Position numbers and translations under genes: made by a program. A stretch of 64,000 bases of DNA, taken from contig JAQOWU010000008.1 in assembly GCA_030867685.1 (NCBI GenBank), forward strand, positions 4,526,001 to 4,590,000, in the 5' to 3' direction. How positions within the stretch are numbered: position 1 is the stretch's first letter; each line of letters opens with the position of its first letter. The notes beneath the pieces were generated by a model that saw only the letters and a program-made list of their open reading frames with translations, ran no database searches and was not told the origin of the DNA. The stretch is from Wickerhamiella versatilis (lineage: Eukaryota). Below, one piece after another: positions 45,446 through 56,142 of this stretch.

Positions 45446-47284
45446 CTATGATGATTTACAATCGTTCATAAGACTGTTTCTAGGCCAATCATATCCCGCA
45501 TCGCCCCAAGCAGTTAAATTTGGATTCGTATAGGCCTTTAAGTGGTCCTGGATATATCCCGTGGTCTCAAATCCAGGTGGATCGCAAGTCAATGATTCTT
45601 TTCCTTCCTCTTGATAGATGCGGACGTAGTCAATTTCTTGCACTGTGGGGAATACCAAGTCTAGATAATCGAGGTAGGTAGCCCAGTTCGTAGAAAAGCC
45701 CAAGTTCATGACAATTGACATGGGTTCCTTCGAAATCGTGCGCTGACCGACGTTACCATTTGGACTAAGCGCACCCGCATACATGGTATAAGACGGATTT
45801 TCGCCCACATACCAGGATATGTAACCCTCAGTTTCATTGTTATTGACTTCGAGACCATATCTCTGAAATGCTCTTTCTTCCGAGTAGTCATACCACTGCT
45901 GATTTAGATAAGTAACAGCCGAACACGCTTGCTGGAAAGGGCCGCCATTCCATGAGTTCATCTGTGTAACACTTAGGTTAGTGATCTCGATGAAATCGTA
46001 ATCAACCATCCACCATATATCCATAGGTGCCACCTGCAATGATTGCGATACTGTACCGCATCTCGGGATTTCTGAGCCATTAGCATACTTTACAGGGTCG
46101 GCCATAGCACCTTCGATAACATCTATTTCTGGTGCACCGCGTCCCGTACCCGGCGTGGGATGATCTTCTCCTTTGCAAGTACATTTAGAAAGCTTTTGGC
46201 CAGGGAGATAGGAAATACCATCGTGAGAGCTTTGGTTAGGGGTAATACCAGCGTCACATTCATTATAACTGTAGGGCCAGACCCCCTCGGTGGATGCGAG
46301 AAACCCAGGACGCCCTAGGTTACCCATTGTCCATATACCAGGCCACAGGCCCGAAACATTTCCCTTACCAGGAAGACGTACGCCAAATTCTATGTATCCT
46401 TGTGAATAGCACAATTTATTCCAGGATTGGATCATGGCCGACCTGTAGTTGAGATTGTGGTTCCTATAAGCATCCAGACGAATGTGAAGGGTTCCGTTCT
46501 CAGTCCAAGCTGCATCAGGGCTATACCACTCCAAATCCTGGGTTGCTGAACCATACCAAAAATCTGGCGCTTCCCAGAAAGGATCGTCGCCACTGTAAAA
46601 GGTTCTACCCTCCACATTGAACTCATCACTGAACACAAGCTTCATCTCGTTACCTGATACAGGAGATTTACGGGTCTTAGCATCATCTGGCGTGTCGTCG
46701 TCGATCAAATGGCGTAGTGCCTTTAACCTGCCGTAACTATAGGGCGATAATCGGGAAATCTGGTTTGGAGCCGGTGTACTCTGGGCTGGACCGGTGAAGT
46801 CCAATAGAGGGAGCACGATGAATACAACTATAAATCCGGCGAGTAGAAGTAGGAATGCAATAAGACATCCCCACCCACGCGAGTCAAGTTTGTGGCATTT
46901 TCGCTCTTCTGCCGCGTCCACAATAGGATCAGGGTTATGCAAATAGTCATCAGCCTCTTTCTCGTTGAGCTTCAACGGAAACTCCGATGCTGGATATCCA
47001 CCAAATGGACTGAATTCATTAGAACTCAAGAATGGATCAGTTTCATCCACCGAGGATATAGACATTGTGCGGGATAGTCCGGATGCTGCAGGTGGCGCGA
47101 GAAGCGAAGCTCCCGGCGTTGTGCTTTGAGGATATCTATCCAATGCACCAAAAACAACATGCTCTTCTCCAGAAGACCTTTCTCTGGAGTTGGTAAACGG
47201 ATCTGATATCTGATCGCTGGGCTCATCCGGAAGAGACTGGTAATTACGGCTCGAACCTCTGCCTGACCCGGTAATCGTTCTCAT
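45446..47284 (-). CDS. KRE6: KRE6/SKN1-family GH16 beta-1,6-glucan synthesis protein
   Basis: Type II TM segment, LVFSDEFN, DLEWYSPDA, GLWPGIWTMGNLGRPG, GRGAPEIDVIE. Confidence 0.93.
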   Translation of the reverse strand: MRTITGSGRGSSRNYQSLPDEPSDQISDPFTNSRERSSGEEHVVFGALDRYPQSTTPGASLLAPPAASGLSRTMSISSVDETDPFLSSNEFSPFGGYPASEFPLKLNEKEADDYLHNPDPIVDAAEERKCHKLDSRGWGCLIAFLLLLAGFIVVFIVLPLLDFTGPAQSTPAPNQISRLSPYSYGRLKALRHLIDDDTPDDAKTRKSPVSGNEMKLVFSDEFNVEGRTFYSGDDPFWEAPDFWYGSATQDLEWYSPDAAWTENGTLHIRLDAYRNHNLNYRSAMIQSWNKLCYSQGYIEFGVRLPGKGNVSGLWPGIWTMGNLGRPGFLASTEGVWPYSYNECDAGITPNQSSHDGISYLPGQKLSKCTCKGEDHPTPGTGRGAPEIDVIEGAMADPVKYANGSEIPRCGTVSQSLQVAPMDIWWMVDYDFIEITNLSVTQMNSWNGGPFQQACSAVTYLNQQWYDYSEERAFQRYGLEVNNNETEGYISWYVGENPSYTMYAGALSPNGNVGQRTISKEPMSIVMNLGFSTNWATYLDYLDLVFPTVQEIDYVRIYQEEGKESLTCDPPGFETTGYIQDHLKAYTNPNLTAWGDAGYDWPRNSLMNDCKSS

Positions 47285-47336
47285 AGGATTAATAGAAGAG
47301 TTCCAGTTCTAGTTCTAAAAAGGAATCAAGGGGTCG

Positions 47337-47364
47337 GAGATCTGGTTGGACAATGCAAGATAAC
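47337..47364 (+). repeat. Dispersed boundary site, about 50 bp upstream of the KRE6 ATG
   Basis: GAGATCTGGTTGGACAATGCAAGATAAC. Confidence 0.9.
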
Positions 47365-47757
47365 TCGCCCTCTATTTTTAGAAATGTGGCTCAAGTAGGG
47401 TAAGGATGTCAACATCTGGTCTTTCTTGTAGAAATAAAGCCTAGTTGATTCGGCATTTTTCTCCATCTAGCTAAGTTTTATTTCAAACCGGTTGCACGAT
47501 GTAGAATATATATCATCATAGTGTCGATATCTCATTAATAAGGTGTGAATGTGGGGAAATGTACAAATTCCACCCCGGGTTATACGAGTTCATGACTCAT
47601 GGAATCAGTAAGCTATTGTTTTATAAGGACGTAGCTAATACCTTTCGGAAAGTGTAACTGAATTATAAACTCCATCTAGAGTGGCGATAATATCATATTT
47701 TGTTTTTGAAAGAACCCAACAAAGCACCCAAAATCGATCGCGATCACCATGTTCTTA

Positions 47758-47783
47758 ACCTGAGACTGGTTGGACGATACAAG
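47758..47783 (+). repeat. Dispersed boundary site
   Basis: ACCTGAGACTGGTTGGACGATACAAG. Confidence 0.88.
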
Positions 47784-48726
47784 TCCTTGAGCTATTTTAT
47801 TATTTGAGATTAATTCCATGCCACAAGATGACACGAATTATATGATGCCAAATCTAGGTGCATAATGATATCTCATAGGATGCGCTAACTATATTTAGGA
47901 AGATATTTTACATAGGATGTATTTTAGTCAACATGATTAGACGTCTCGTCTTTTGGCTTGTTGCATGCATTGCGTTGTAGTTCATAACTCTCGTCAGTAG
48001 CGTTACCGTAGCATTCTGGATTGAGTCTGACGCGTTTGGCTTTAGTATATTTCGGGAGAGTGCAAGAGACCCAACAGGATGAGATATCCATCCTAAAGGA
48101 GATCTTTGGGACAGTATAAGATAAGTTAAGCCCACTCCTCTGAAATTATAATGATGGGGATCAATAATATTTGATTATAAAAAGAATTTAAGTATCTTTA
48201 TTCATAAGAACAGTATTATCAATGACGCTCTGTTACTTCGACGATATGATTCGTATGCTGCGTTGAAATTCAAGAATCTACCGGATAAAAACTTCAATCA
48301 CAGGTCAAATACAGAAGTTAATAATCGCAATATATCATTGCTTTCCTCATTCAGGTCTGTACATGATGTCTCCTCAGGATACATCATATTTTCAGAGGTG
48401 TATAGAGAATCTGGCTCGTCTGGCATCCGCACACGTTTAGTACCACGCAGATCTGATTTGAGATTGGAGGAACAGGAAGGCTAGGTGCCTTGACGGCTAC
48501 AACCTTCTCTTAAGTATTCGATAAATGCCTTTTTCAGAATATTGCGGAAAATGATTCTCAATTTTGGTCCCTCTGAATTGTCAGAAGCTTGCGACATCAA
48601 ATTTATCGTCTCTTCTTCCATAAATGCTTTACGTATTTTGTACTCGGCCTTTAGAAATTCATCAACTACGGTTTCAGAGCTCTTGGCCGCTTGAGAATAC
48701 TGTTGGATCGAATTCAATAATTCCCT

Positions 48727-48975
48727 TGCTCCCCTTATACTGATGAATACCTGTATGAGGATGTGCGTGGCTTTGTATTAATTCCTTACATGGGTCATGG
48801 CAATGGGAATCCTATGAGGGGTGGTAAAGTTGTTTCAGATGCGTTGCTGCCGCCTGAATACACTACAGGGAGGAGTTGGGAAACAGCGAGCTTTACTGGT
48901 TCTTATCCTCTGCCAATTCAAGAAAAGGTAGAAAAAGAGTGGAGTTCGATTGGGTTTGGAAGAAAGCAGATTTAG
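48727..48975 (+). pseudogene. FDC1: Isolated 3' fragment of ferulic acid decarboxylase
   Basis: [73 protein letters not shown] closely matches the fungal Fdc1 C-terminus; no upstream Fdc1 sequence. Confidence 0.88.
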
Positions 48976-49563
48976 TACAAGAACAGCAAGCGAACACTTT
49001 ACTATACCTACATCTGTCAGAGGATAGAAATGTTTTAGATTGGGCAATATTGTCAAATAGAATACCACTAGCAGTGCAAAACAGCCCACTTCAGTACCTG
49101 ATACCTGTTGGATTGTGAGCGATAGGACCATGAGGTGACATAGTGCAAAATGGTGCGGCAAAGTAGGGACCCATTTAACGTTCAGTGCCGTAAATACGTC
49201 ATTTTTTTATGTGGTTTTATTTATATTATACTAAGATCTTCATCTATAAGATCATTATTTTGATGCCGGTGCAAGTAGGATGTGATTATTGAGCAAAGCG
49301 TGAGTAAAGACATTACTTACCACACCTGCGATATGTCACCCTCGGAAGGGACTCTCTAATCTAAAAGACTTGCAAATTACGCATTTGAAGGTATTCCCTA
49401 TCTGCAGTCGATGATCGTCAGGATTCATTTGACTTTTATGGTCTGAACAGATCTTGTAGATATATTTACCGTACCAGCTGCACTTTGCTCCTTTTGTGTG
49501 ATATGAAACAATAGTAATATCTATAGCTACCATGAGCTAGTTATAGCGTTCCCTTTATTCCAA

Positions 49564-50643
49564 TCACTTGTTTTTCATCCATTCTAAAATAGTAGCTTTG
49601 ATGGTAGCTCCGCTTTCTCCGTACTTATAGTTGTAGTGGTTACCATCCAGGTAAGACAAGTTCAGGTTTGGGGTTCGCTCTCCGAGACCGTCTATCAAGA
49701 TCTTAGTTTCAATGTTATCCCCATTCATCATCCAAACCTTCAATTTATCCACTGGCAGATACTGTCGATACATTTTACCGCTGATAATTCCAGGAATAAG
49801 TCGGTTGAAAACATACCATTGATATTTAAGCATTCCATGACTTGTGTCGGAATTTCTGCCCTTTGTGAGAGCCGTCAAAGCACTAGCAATGTTTGAGCCA
49901 AGTTGGTTGTTTAATGCTCCTGCATCTGCGGCGTGTAGAGCTTTAAGAATATCAAGTAGCTTATCTGCGATCCATTGAGGGATACCAATCTGCACCAGCA
50001 CTTCTGGGATGACGGGTATAGAGACTACTCCCATATAGGAGATGGAAGCCCACTGCGCTAAAACTTGCGTAAGATTCTGCTGATTATGTACGAGATTTTT
50101 GGTCTGGTCTATCAGCGATTGGGTGGCCAGATCAAAGGATGGAACTCCTACAGAAAAAATGGTCCCAATGGAGCCATTTTCCGGATGCATATCACAGTAT
50201 TCTGAAGCAATAAATGGTGACCAAGCCTCTCCAAAAACAGCTACTTCCTTGTTTGGTGCCGCAGCTTCAATGACAGCACCCATATCTTCCGCCAGGTTAG
50301 GGAGACTGTAGTCCCATATGCCCCATGGATGCGCACTTTTCCCGGAGCCACGCTGATCATATAATATCACGTGTAAGCCTCTATCGGCCATGTCTGCGGC
50401 AAAATCATCAAAAGTTTCAGCTGACACGGGCCATCCACCTGTGATTATGAGTGTAGGATTTGTAGGGTCGCCATATTCGTAGTACGACACAGCTAGGCCT
50501 TGAGAATAAGTAAACTGAAGAGAGCTAGCATTCGGAAAATTGCTAGGTACATCAGTAGTAGACGAATCGTAAGGCGCTACTGTAGAGACTGTAACGCCGC
50601 CAAGCACGCCATGAACTAAGGTACACAACAAAGGCAGTATCAT
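49564..50643 (-). CDS. Secreted alpha/beta-hydrolase-fold protein with non-canonical catalytic motifs
   Basis: Signal peptide; YGDPTNPTLIITGGWP, YDQRGSGKS, VFGEAWSP, DGNH. Confidence 0.75.
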   Translation of the reverse strand: MILPLLCTLVHGVLGGVTVSTVAPYDSSTTDVPSNFPNASSLQFTYSQGLAVSYYEYGDPTNPTLIITGGWPVSAETFDDFAADMADRGLHVILYDQRGSGKSAHPWGIWDYSLPNLAEDMGAVIEAAAPNKEVAVFGEAWSPFIASEYCDMHPENGSIGTIFSVGVPSFDLATQSLIDQTKNLVHNQQNLTQVLAQWASISYMGVVSIPVIPEVLVQIGIPQWIADKLLDILKALHAADAGALNNQLGSNIASALTALTKGRNSDTSHGMLKYQWYVFNRLIPGIISGKMYRQYLPVDKLKVWMMNGDNIETKILIDGLGERTPNLNLSYLDGNHYNYKYGESGATIKATILEWMKNK

Positions 50644-52050
50644 TTCCGTTGCTGTTACAACGCCCTGGTCGGCGGTTTATATATTAGTAAAAAATAACAA
50701 CTCGCGTAGCATATTTACCGTAAATTTGTGACACATGGGTTCAAAACATGGAGTTTGTCTTGTCAGATACGGAAATTAAAGGCTATAAATCTATTAGTGC
50801 ATACAGTTCAAACGAAATAGAATAAAATGTCTCCGCTTCCCTAACTGAGACTACCTGAACACAATAAGGGGTAGATCTCTAAGGCCAGGGCTGGGTGTAC
50901 CCTTGCTTGCTCAGTGTACCCTTACCTTGCCTTATACGCAAAGCACTCGGGCAATATTAAATGTCCTAAATATTAAAGGACTAATTGAGGGACAAATATT
51001 ATCTGGTAACATATTGAACTTTTCTAGAACTGAAATATATCATTTGCGTGGCGGAAATAGCAAGATCATATTGATAGGTATGTATTCCATCTGTCGAGCC
51101 ATGCATGCTTGGGCTGGGAATTGATCTGGTGTTGAGACATCGGATAGTATACGAGCCGTACAGCGCTTATCCCTAAAGTAGGAAGTGCTCCAAATAGACT
51201 CATCCTGGCAATTAGTACCCACGTTATGAAGGTTCTCTTCAAAATACCTCCCCTGGTCACAATACAAGTTCTTTTTCCATTGCAACTTCATTAAATAGAC
51301 CACAATTCGGAGTCTTGGTGAAACATAGCCCCACATCTCTCGATTATTTGCATTGAACACAGGGTCATCCGAATTTGTCCAGCTTGTCCGCCTTCTGGTA
51401 TGAGAGGCGACCATTGGTGGGAACCAATAGGAGATGGCAGTACAGGTGGGCTTGAAACTCAACGGAGTACCCGCTGAGAACGCGGGCAAAATGTGCCGCA
51501 ATTATGGGTGTTCTATAACATATATTTATATATTTTGTGACACAGCTAGAATCAACAAAAATAGCTAGATTCTCTATCTATTAAACAATGAAATGAGTTA
51601 ATGCTCGTTTATACCCTCATGAGAGATGCTACAAGTATGCTCAAAAAAGAAACGCAGAATTATTGTTCCTTGCAAACCCCAGTGCTTCTAAATATGAACA
51701 CACAGAAAGAAAAGGTGCTTAGCTAGAAGTAGCCATGGACCAAGTAGTCATAAAAAAAATGTAGTTTGCGTGTACGTAATGGGCAACCTTATACTTTTGA
51801 CGAATTCATCTTTATGCCAACAGAATCAGAGTGCGTATCAATTGTACAGTAAATTAAATAGAATCAAGAAAACAAAATGACAGTATTTGCCTAGAGACAC
51901 ATCCTCATAGCCTTATTCGGCAGAAGCGAGCCATCATGCATAGTAGTTATCTAGAAGTAGTGCTTACTGCACCACCGGATGTACGCTTATTAACACGGGT
52001 TGTGTTCATTGTGCTCGGCGAATGCTCAGTTTGTTAGAAGATTCAAGGGT

Positions 52051-52093
52051 GACTGGTTGAGCAATACAAGATATCCCACTTCACTACCTGAGA
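52051..52093 (+). repeat. Boundary site at the left end of lipase cassette 2
   Basis: GACTGGTTGAGCAATACAAGATATCCCACTTCACTACCTGAGA. Confidence 0.92.
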
Positions 52094-52612
52094 TACGTCA
52101 ACACAATAAATGATCAGTCAAAACCAAATGGAAATTTATGTTAGAAGTTTTATGTTGGTGCATTTTAATTTCACCAGACTCCCTAAAGTATTAGCGTTTC
52201 TTGACTCTATATTCTAGCTCTTAGCAGGACCTCATGAAGCTCGACTATTATTTACTATGCATCCCCGCAAATCACAATGTGAGACCAGTTGATTAGGGTT
52301 GCCCACTTTGTTTGTTTCGCGTAGGTATTAATGCGGGGATCATAATTCCTGCCCTGCCATGTACTTGTCTGATAGAGAGCATTCAAGATTCTGAGATTTC
52401 CTAAATTTTCGCTAATAGAGTGGAAATGCAATTAGTGCTTAAATGTACAGTAATGATTAATAAGTCGGTATTTGTCACGAGGGGGTCCGTACGCCCTGAA
52501 AAGGGCCAGGTTATAAATTTCGAGTGGGGTATGATACATTCCGAGAATCCTGGCATGTAGATCAGAGCACGAAAGCCATAAATAAGGATCTCAAAGACCC
52601 ATGTTGTTAACA

Positions 52613-53941
52613 ATGATGCTCTTTCATGCCTTATTCACTCTAGGCACTGTTCTCGGTGCTGCTATACAGAAGCGTGCTGCTCCAAGTGATGATGCGTTTT
52701 ATACAGCTCCAGAAAACTTGACCAGCTATCGTCCGGGGGAGATTATCGACAGCCGCTCCGTTTTTTCATCGGTTATTCTAAGGGAGGTGACTCAAATAAA
52801 ATATGCTACGACCAATACTCAGAATTCTTCTTCATATACGATAGCCACCGTGGCATCCCCAGATAATATTCAGTATCCGCAAAAACTTTTATCAATTCAA
52901 AATTGGCAGGACAGTGCCGGCAAAAATTGCGTGCCCAGTTATGGTTTGGTCACCGGTCTCCTTGGACCGGGCGGATTTACTACCTCGATTATCGATATGC
53001 CCATAGTTCTTGAATGGGCCTTATCAAAAGGCTACTATGTTGTTGTTCCTGACCATGAAGGGCCCAATGGCGAGTTCATAGTGGGGCACACAGAGGGTCA
53101 AGCGGGACTAGATGGGATAAGAGCAGCTATCTCTTACCTTAATCTCTCTGAAGACACGGACACGGCACTTTATGGTTATAATGGCGGCTCTCATGCCACA
53201 GCTTGGATGGCTAATTTACATGAGTTTTATGCTCCTGAGATCAACATTGTCGGATCAGTGACTGGAGGAACAGTTATTGACATGTATGCGATGTACAACA
53301 AGATTGCTGGTACCGTTTTCTCGGGGTTCATATTTCCTGTTGTTAATGCTTTTGCTGACGCTTATCCTGAACAGGGAGCACAGGTGCTGTCGCACTTCAA
53401 TGGTATAGCCAACGCTACACTTTCCTATGCAGCCCAAGATAATGTATGCATCATCGGAGACCTACTTGGAGGCGCTTTCCGTAATATTGGCGATGAAAGT
53501 GATCTTGATGATTTTTTGTCCTTCCCTCCTTTAGTTGATATATTCAATCGAGAAAGCTTACTCAACAACGTGTCAAGTCTTGCAGTATCGGCTCCAAAAT
53601 TCCCTCGGTTTAACTATCATGCGCTTTTAGACGAGATTGTGCCTTATCCAGCAGATGAGATGTACACCGAGCAGCAGTGTGCTCTTGGAGCAGATATCCA
53701 GTTCCAAACATTTGACCTGGGTGGGCATGCTACCACAATGTTATTTGGTCTTCCTGGTGCTCTACAATTCTTGGAACAAGCATTTCTTGGGGAAGTTCCT
53801 AAAGTACAATGTGGTTCTCAAAATCCTCAGTCGGTCAATATGAATTCATCAAATGTAGATGAAGTGATTGGTAAGGACACTGCCGATCGCATCCGTGCAT
53901 TTAACGGCAAGAACACTACGTTGGGAATGATTTCCTGGTAA
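52613..53941 (+). CDS. Secretory lipase copy 2; nucleophile Ser replaced by Asn (GYNGG)
   Basis: Collinear and highly similar to 43807-45135. An alternative in-frame ATG lies at 52601. Confidence 0.9.
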   Translation: MMLFHALFTLGTVLGAAIQKRAAPSDDAFYTAPENLTSYRPGEIIDSRSVFSSVILREVTQIKYATTNTQNSSSYTIATVASPDNIQYPQKLLSIQNWQDSAGKNCVPSYGLVTGLLGPGGFTTSIIDMPIVLEWALSKGYYVVVPDHEGPNGEFIVGHTEGQAGLDGIRAAISYLNLSEDTDTALYGYNGGSHATAWMANLHEFYAPEINIVGSVTGGTVIDMYAMYNKIAGTVFSGFIFPVVNAFADAYPEQGAQVLSHFNGIANATLSYAAQDNVCIIGDLLGGAFRNIGDESDLDDFLSFPPLVDIFNRESLLNNVSSLAVSAPKFPRFNYHALLDEIVPYPADEMYTEQQCALGADIQFQTFDLGGHATTMLFGLPGALQFLEQAFLGEVPKVQCGSQNPQSVNMNSSNVDEVIGKDTADRIRAFNGKNTTLGMISW

Positions 53942-54014
53942 AGATGACTAGGTGAACTTGTGCAGGTGAATAAATTGTCGTAGATGAGTTCTCGTTTTCC
54001 ATAATATACTCCAG

Positions 54015-54056
54015 TTTACTACTCGAGACTGGTTGGAGAATGTAAGATAGCCCACT
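54015..54056 (+). repeat. Boundary site at the right end of lipase cassette 2
   Basis: TTTACTACTCGAGACTGGTTGGAGAATGTAAGATAGCCCACT. Confidence 0.92.
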
Positions 54057-54084
54057 AATGCCATGATAAGGGCAACGAGATGAC

Positions 54085-55887
54085 TTAGTGAGCTGCAATT
54101 AGTTTTAGTCGTTCTTGGTTCCAAGAACTCAGGAGATTATAGATAATCAAAGAGGAGACATAAAACATGATAGAAGGCGTGGCAAGATACCAAAATTGCA
54201 AAACGTCATCGCTCAGGACTTCTGTAGATTCAGCATGCCTATACATGCACATTAAATTATCAATTGAAAGCGAAATAATACACCATAATAGTATATATCC
54301 AGAGAAAAACATGGATTTGCTATCATTTGATTTTTGATACTTTGATCTTTTCTTCATTATGTAGAGCACGAAAAATGCACCACCATATTCTATTGATACC
54401 AATGGAATAAAAAATAGAAAGTTTGTAAGACTATCCATGCCATAAATGCTTTGAAAACCTAGCTGTCCACATATTTGAGATAATAAGAAGAGCCTGTTCC
54501 TCCAGTATGAAAGTTCATTTTTTCTATGCACTGAGAGCATGTTGAGTACTGAGCAAATTATACCCGTATGTGCCAAAACGTTGCAAGATAGTAGGAACCC
54601 ATCGAACATCACTGATGATGATGCTGCAGTATATGATAGTACTATCATAAGCAATACAGGAATTATAATCACGTTTTCCGGACATAGAACATGAGATCCA
54701 ATCAAAGCATATGCGAAGTAAAAGAAAAATAGGTCGCAGACTAAAATTGGAAAATCAAAATACCCTCTAATGTACGAAAGACGGTCGAATATGTCATTAA
54801 AATCATTGATTATTTCATCTATTTCGAATTTGTCTCCCACTTTTCCTGCTGAAGCTTCATTAAGAAACCTGTACTTCCTGTCAACATGAATGCGTATGTA
54901 CAGGTGGACAATAAAGTAACCAGTTAGAATGATTATTATCAACCCATGGAGAAAAAGAAGCAACCTATCTTTTTCCACGACTGACTGGCGTGTGTATGGA
55001 ATTTTGCACCTCACCGACGGCATATCAGTAGTTCTTCGTTCACTTGCTTCCCATGTGGCTAAAATATTGAACATAACCATCGCAGTAATACAGGTCATCA
55101 CACAGATAATTGAAACTGTACCCTCTCCCCACCAAAGAGTGAAAGAAAGAGGATCCTCACGATATGCGGATGATGGATCTTCCCATGTCTCCATTTTCTG
55201 ATGGACATTTGCAGCAGCGATTCCAAAAACTGAGAAAAATATTGTAGAAACATTTAGAGTTCTAACAATAACGATGTCCCTTGTGTCTCGGAAATAAACT
55301 TTTTTTGACCCAATTAATACAGCCATAGTTATCGAGAGGCCGCCCAGGGGTAATAATTGGAATAATTGGGTATATTCTAAGGATTTGGGAATATCAACCA
55401 TAAAAGCTATCAAGCTTGGGAATAATATCAAAGCTAAGGAAAAATATTTCCACTTTGGTATCACGATCTTTGCCTCTGGAGACAAGGAATCCATTATTAC
55501 GCATAGAAAACCCCAAAGGTTGATTAACTCACATATCCCTGACCCAATATCAAAGAAATGGGTACTCATTTTGAGCACTGTTAGTATAATACTTAGAAGT
55601 GACATTAAAGAATATAATGATGCAGTTATAATGGAAGGTAGTCGAGACCCAAATGGAATCAAGATTGCAGACAAACTGAATATAGAATATATAATAGGTC
55701 GTGACTGAGGGCAAAATCTCCAATAGAATGCGGTAGGATCGTCATATATAGTGACTATAGATTCCAATGTAAATGCCAAAAAAACGAGTAGAGGAATGCG
55801 CTTCGTTCCGATATTACGCATTATACCATTTTTGTATTCCTTATAATTGTCTGAGCAGGCAGCAGAGGGGCTATCCTGCATCCTCAT
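54085..55887 (-). CDS. Orphan multi-pass membrane protein, AT-rich
   Basis: About 600-aa ORF with many hydrophobic segments; no family recognised; start uncertain. Confidence 0.7.
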   Translation of the reverse strand: MRMQDSPSAACSDNYKEYKNGIMRNIGTKRIPLLVFLAFTLESIVTIYDDPTAFYWRFCPQSRPIIYSIFSLSAILIPFGSRLPSIITASLYSLMSLLSIILTVLKMSTHFFDIGSGICELINLWGFLCVIMDSLSPEAKIVIPKWKYFSLALILFPSLIAFMVDIPKSLEYTQLFQLLPLGGLSITMAVLIGSKKVYFRDTRDIVIVRTLNVSTIFFSVFGIAAANVHQKMETWEDPSSAYREDPLSFTLWWGEGTVSIICVMTCITAMVMFNILATWEASERRTTDMPSVRCKIPYTRQSVVEKDRLLLFLHGLIIIILTGYFIVHLYIRIHVDRKYRFLNEASAGKVGDKFEIDEIINDFNDIFDRLSYIRGYFDFPILVCDLFFFYFAYALIGSHVLCPENVIIIPVLLMIVLSYTAASSSVMFDGFLLSCNVLAHTGIICSVLNMLSVHRKNELSYWRNRLFLLSQICGQLGFQSIYGMDSLTNFLFFIPLVSIEYGGAFFVLYIMKKRSKYQKSNDSKSMFFSGYILLWCIISLSIDNLMCMYRHAESTEVLSDDVLQFWYLATPSIMFYVSSLIIYNLLSSWNQERLKLIAAH

Positions 55888-56074
55888 CGACAACAAGCTC
55901 AATATGAGACAGCAGCGAGATAGAAGAAACCGTGATTAGTAACAAAATTCGTGCACCAGCACAGCAATGTATTTCTATGCATGAATATGTTAATAAGTCG
56001 GCTATAGTTGCAACTATTTAACGTTTGACAGATTGCCATAAGCAACCATAATGTAGTAAGATAAATATGTTATG

Positions 56075-56092
56075 TGGTTGGACAATGAAAGA
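56075..56092 (+). repeat. Dispersed boundary site, partial
   Basis: TGGTTGGACAATGAAAGA. Confidence 0.7.
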
Positions 56093-56142
56093 AAAAATAT
56101 GTGCTCAAACCTGAATTCCGATGGTGATTATAGGACAAGAAG

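Noticed and set aside
51040-51501. 153-aa minus-strand ORF with several Cys
   Set aside because: Non-ATG start, no signal peptide and no recognisable domain; cannot be supported as a gene
54582-54592. TGCAAGATAGT motif arm inside the membrane-protein ORF
   Set aside because: Short, coding and without the spacer or left arm; chance match likely
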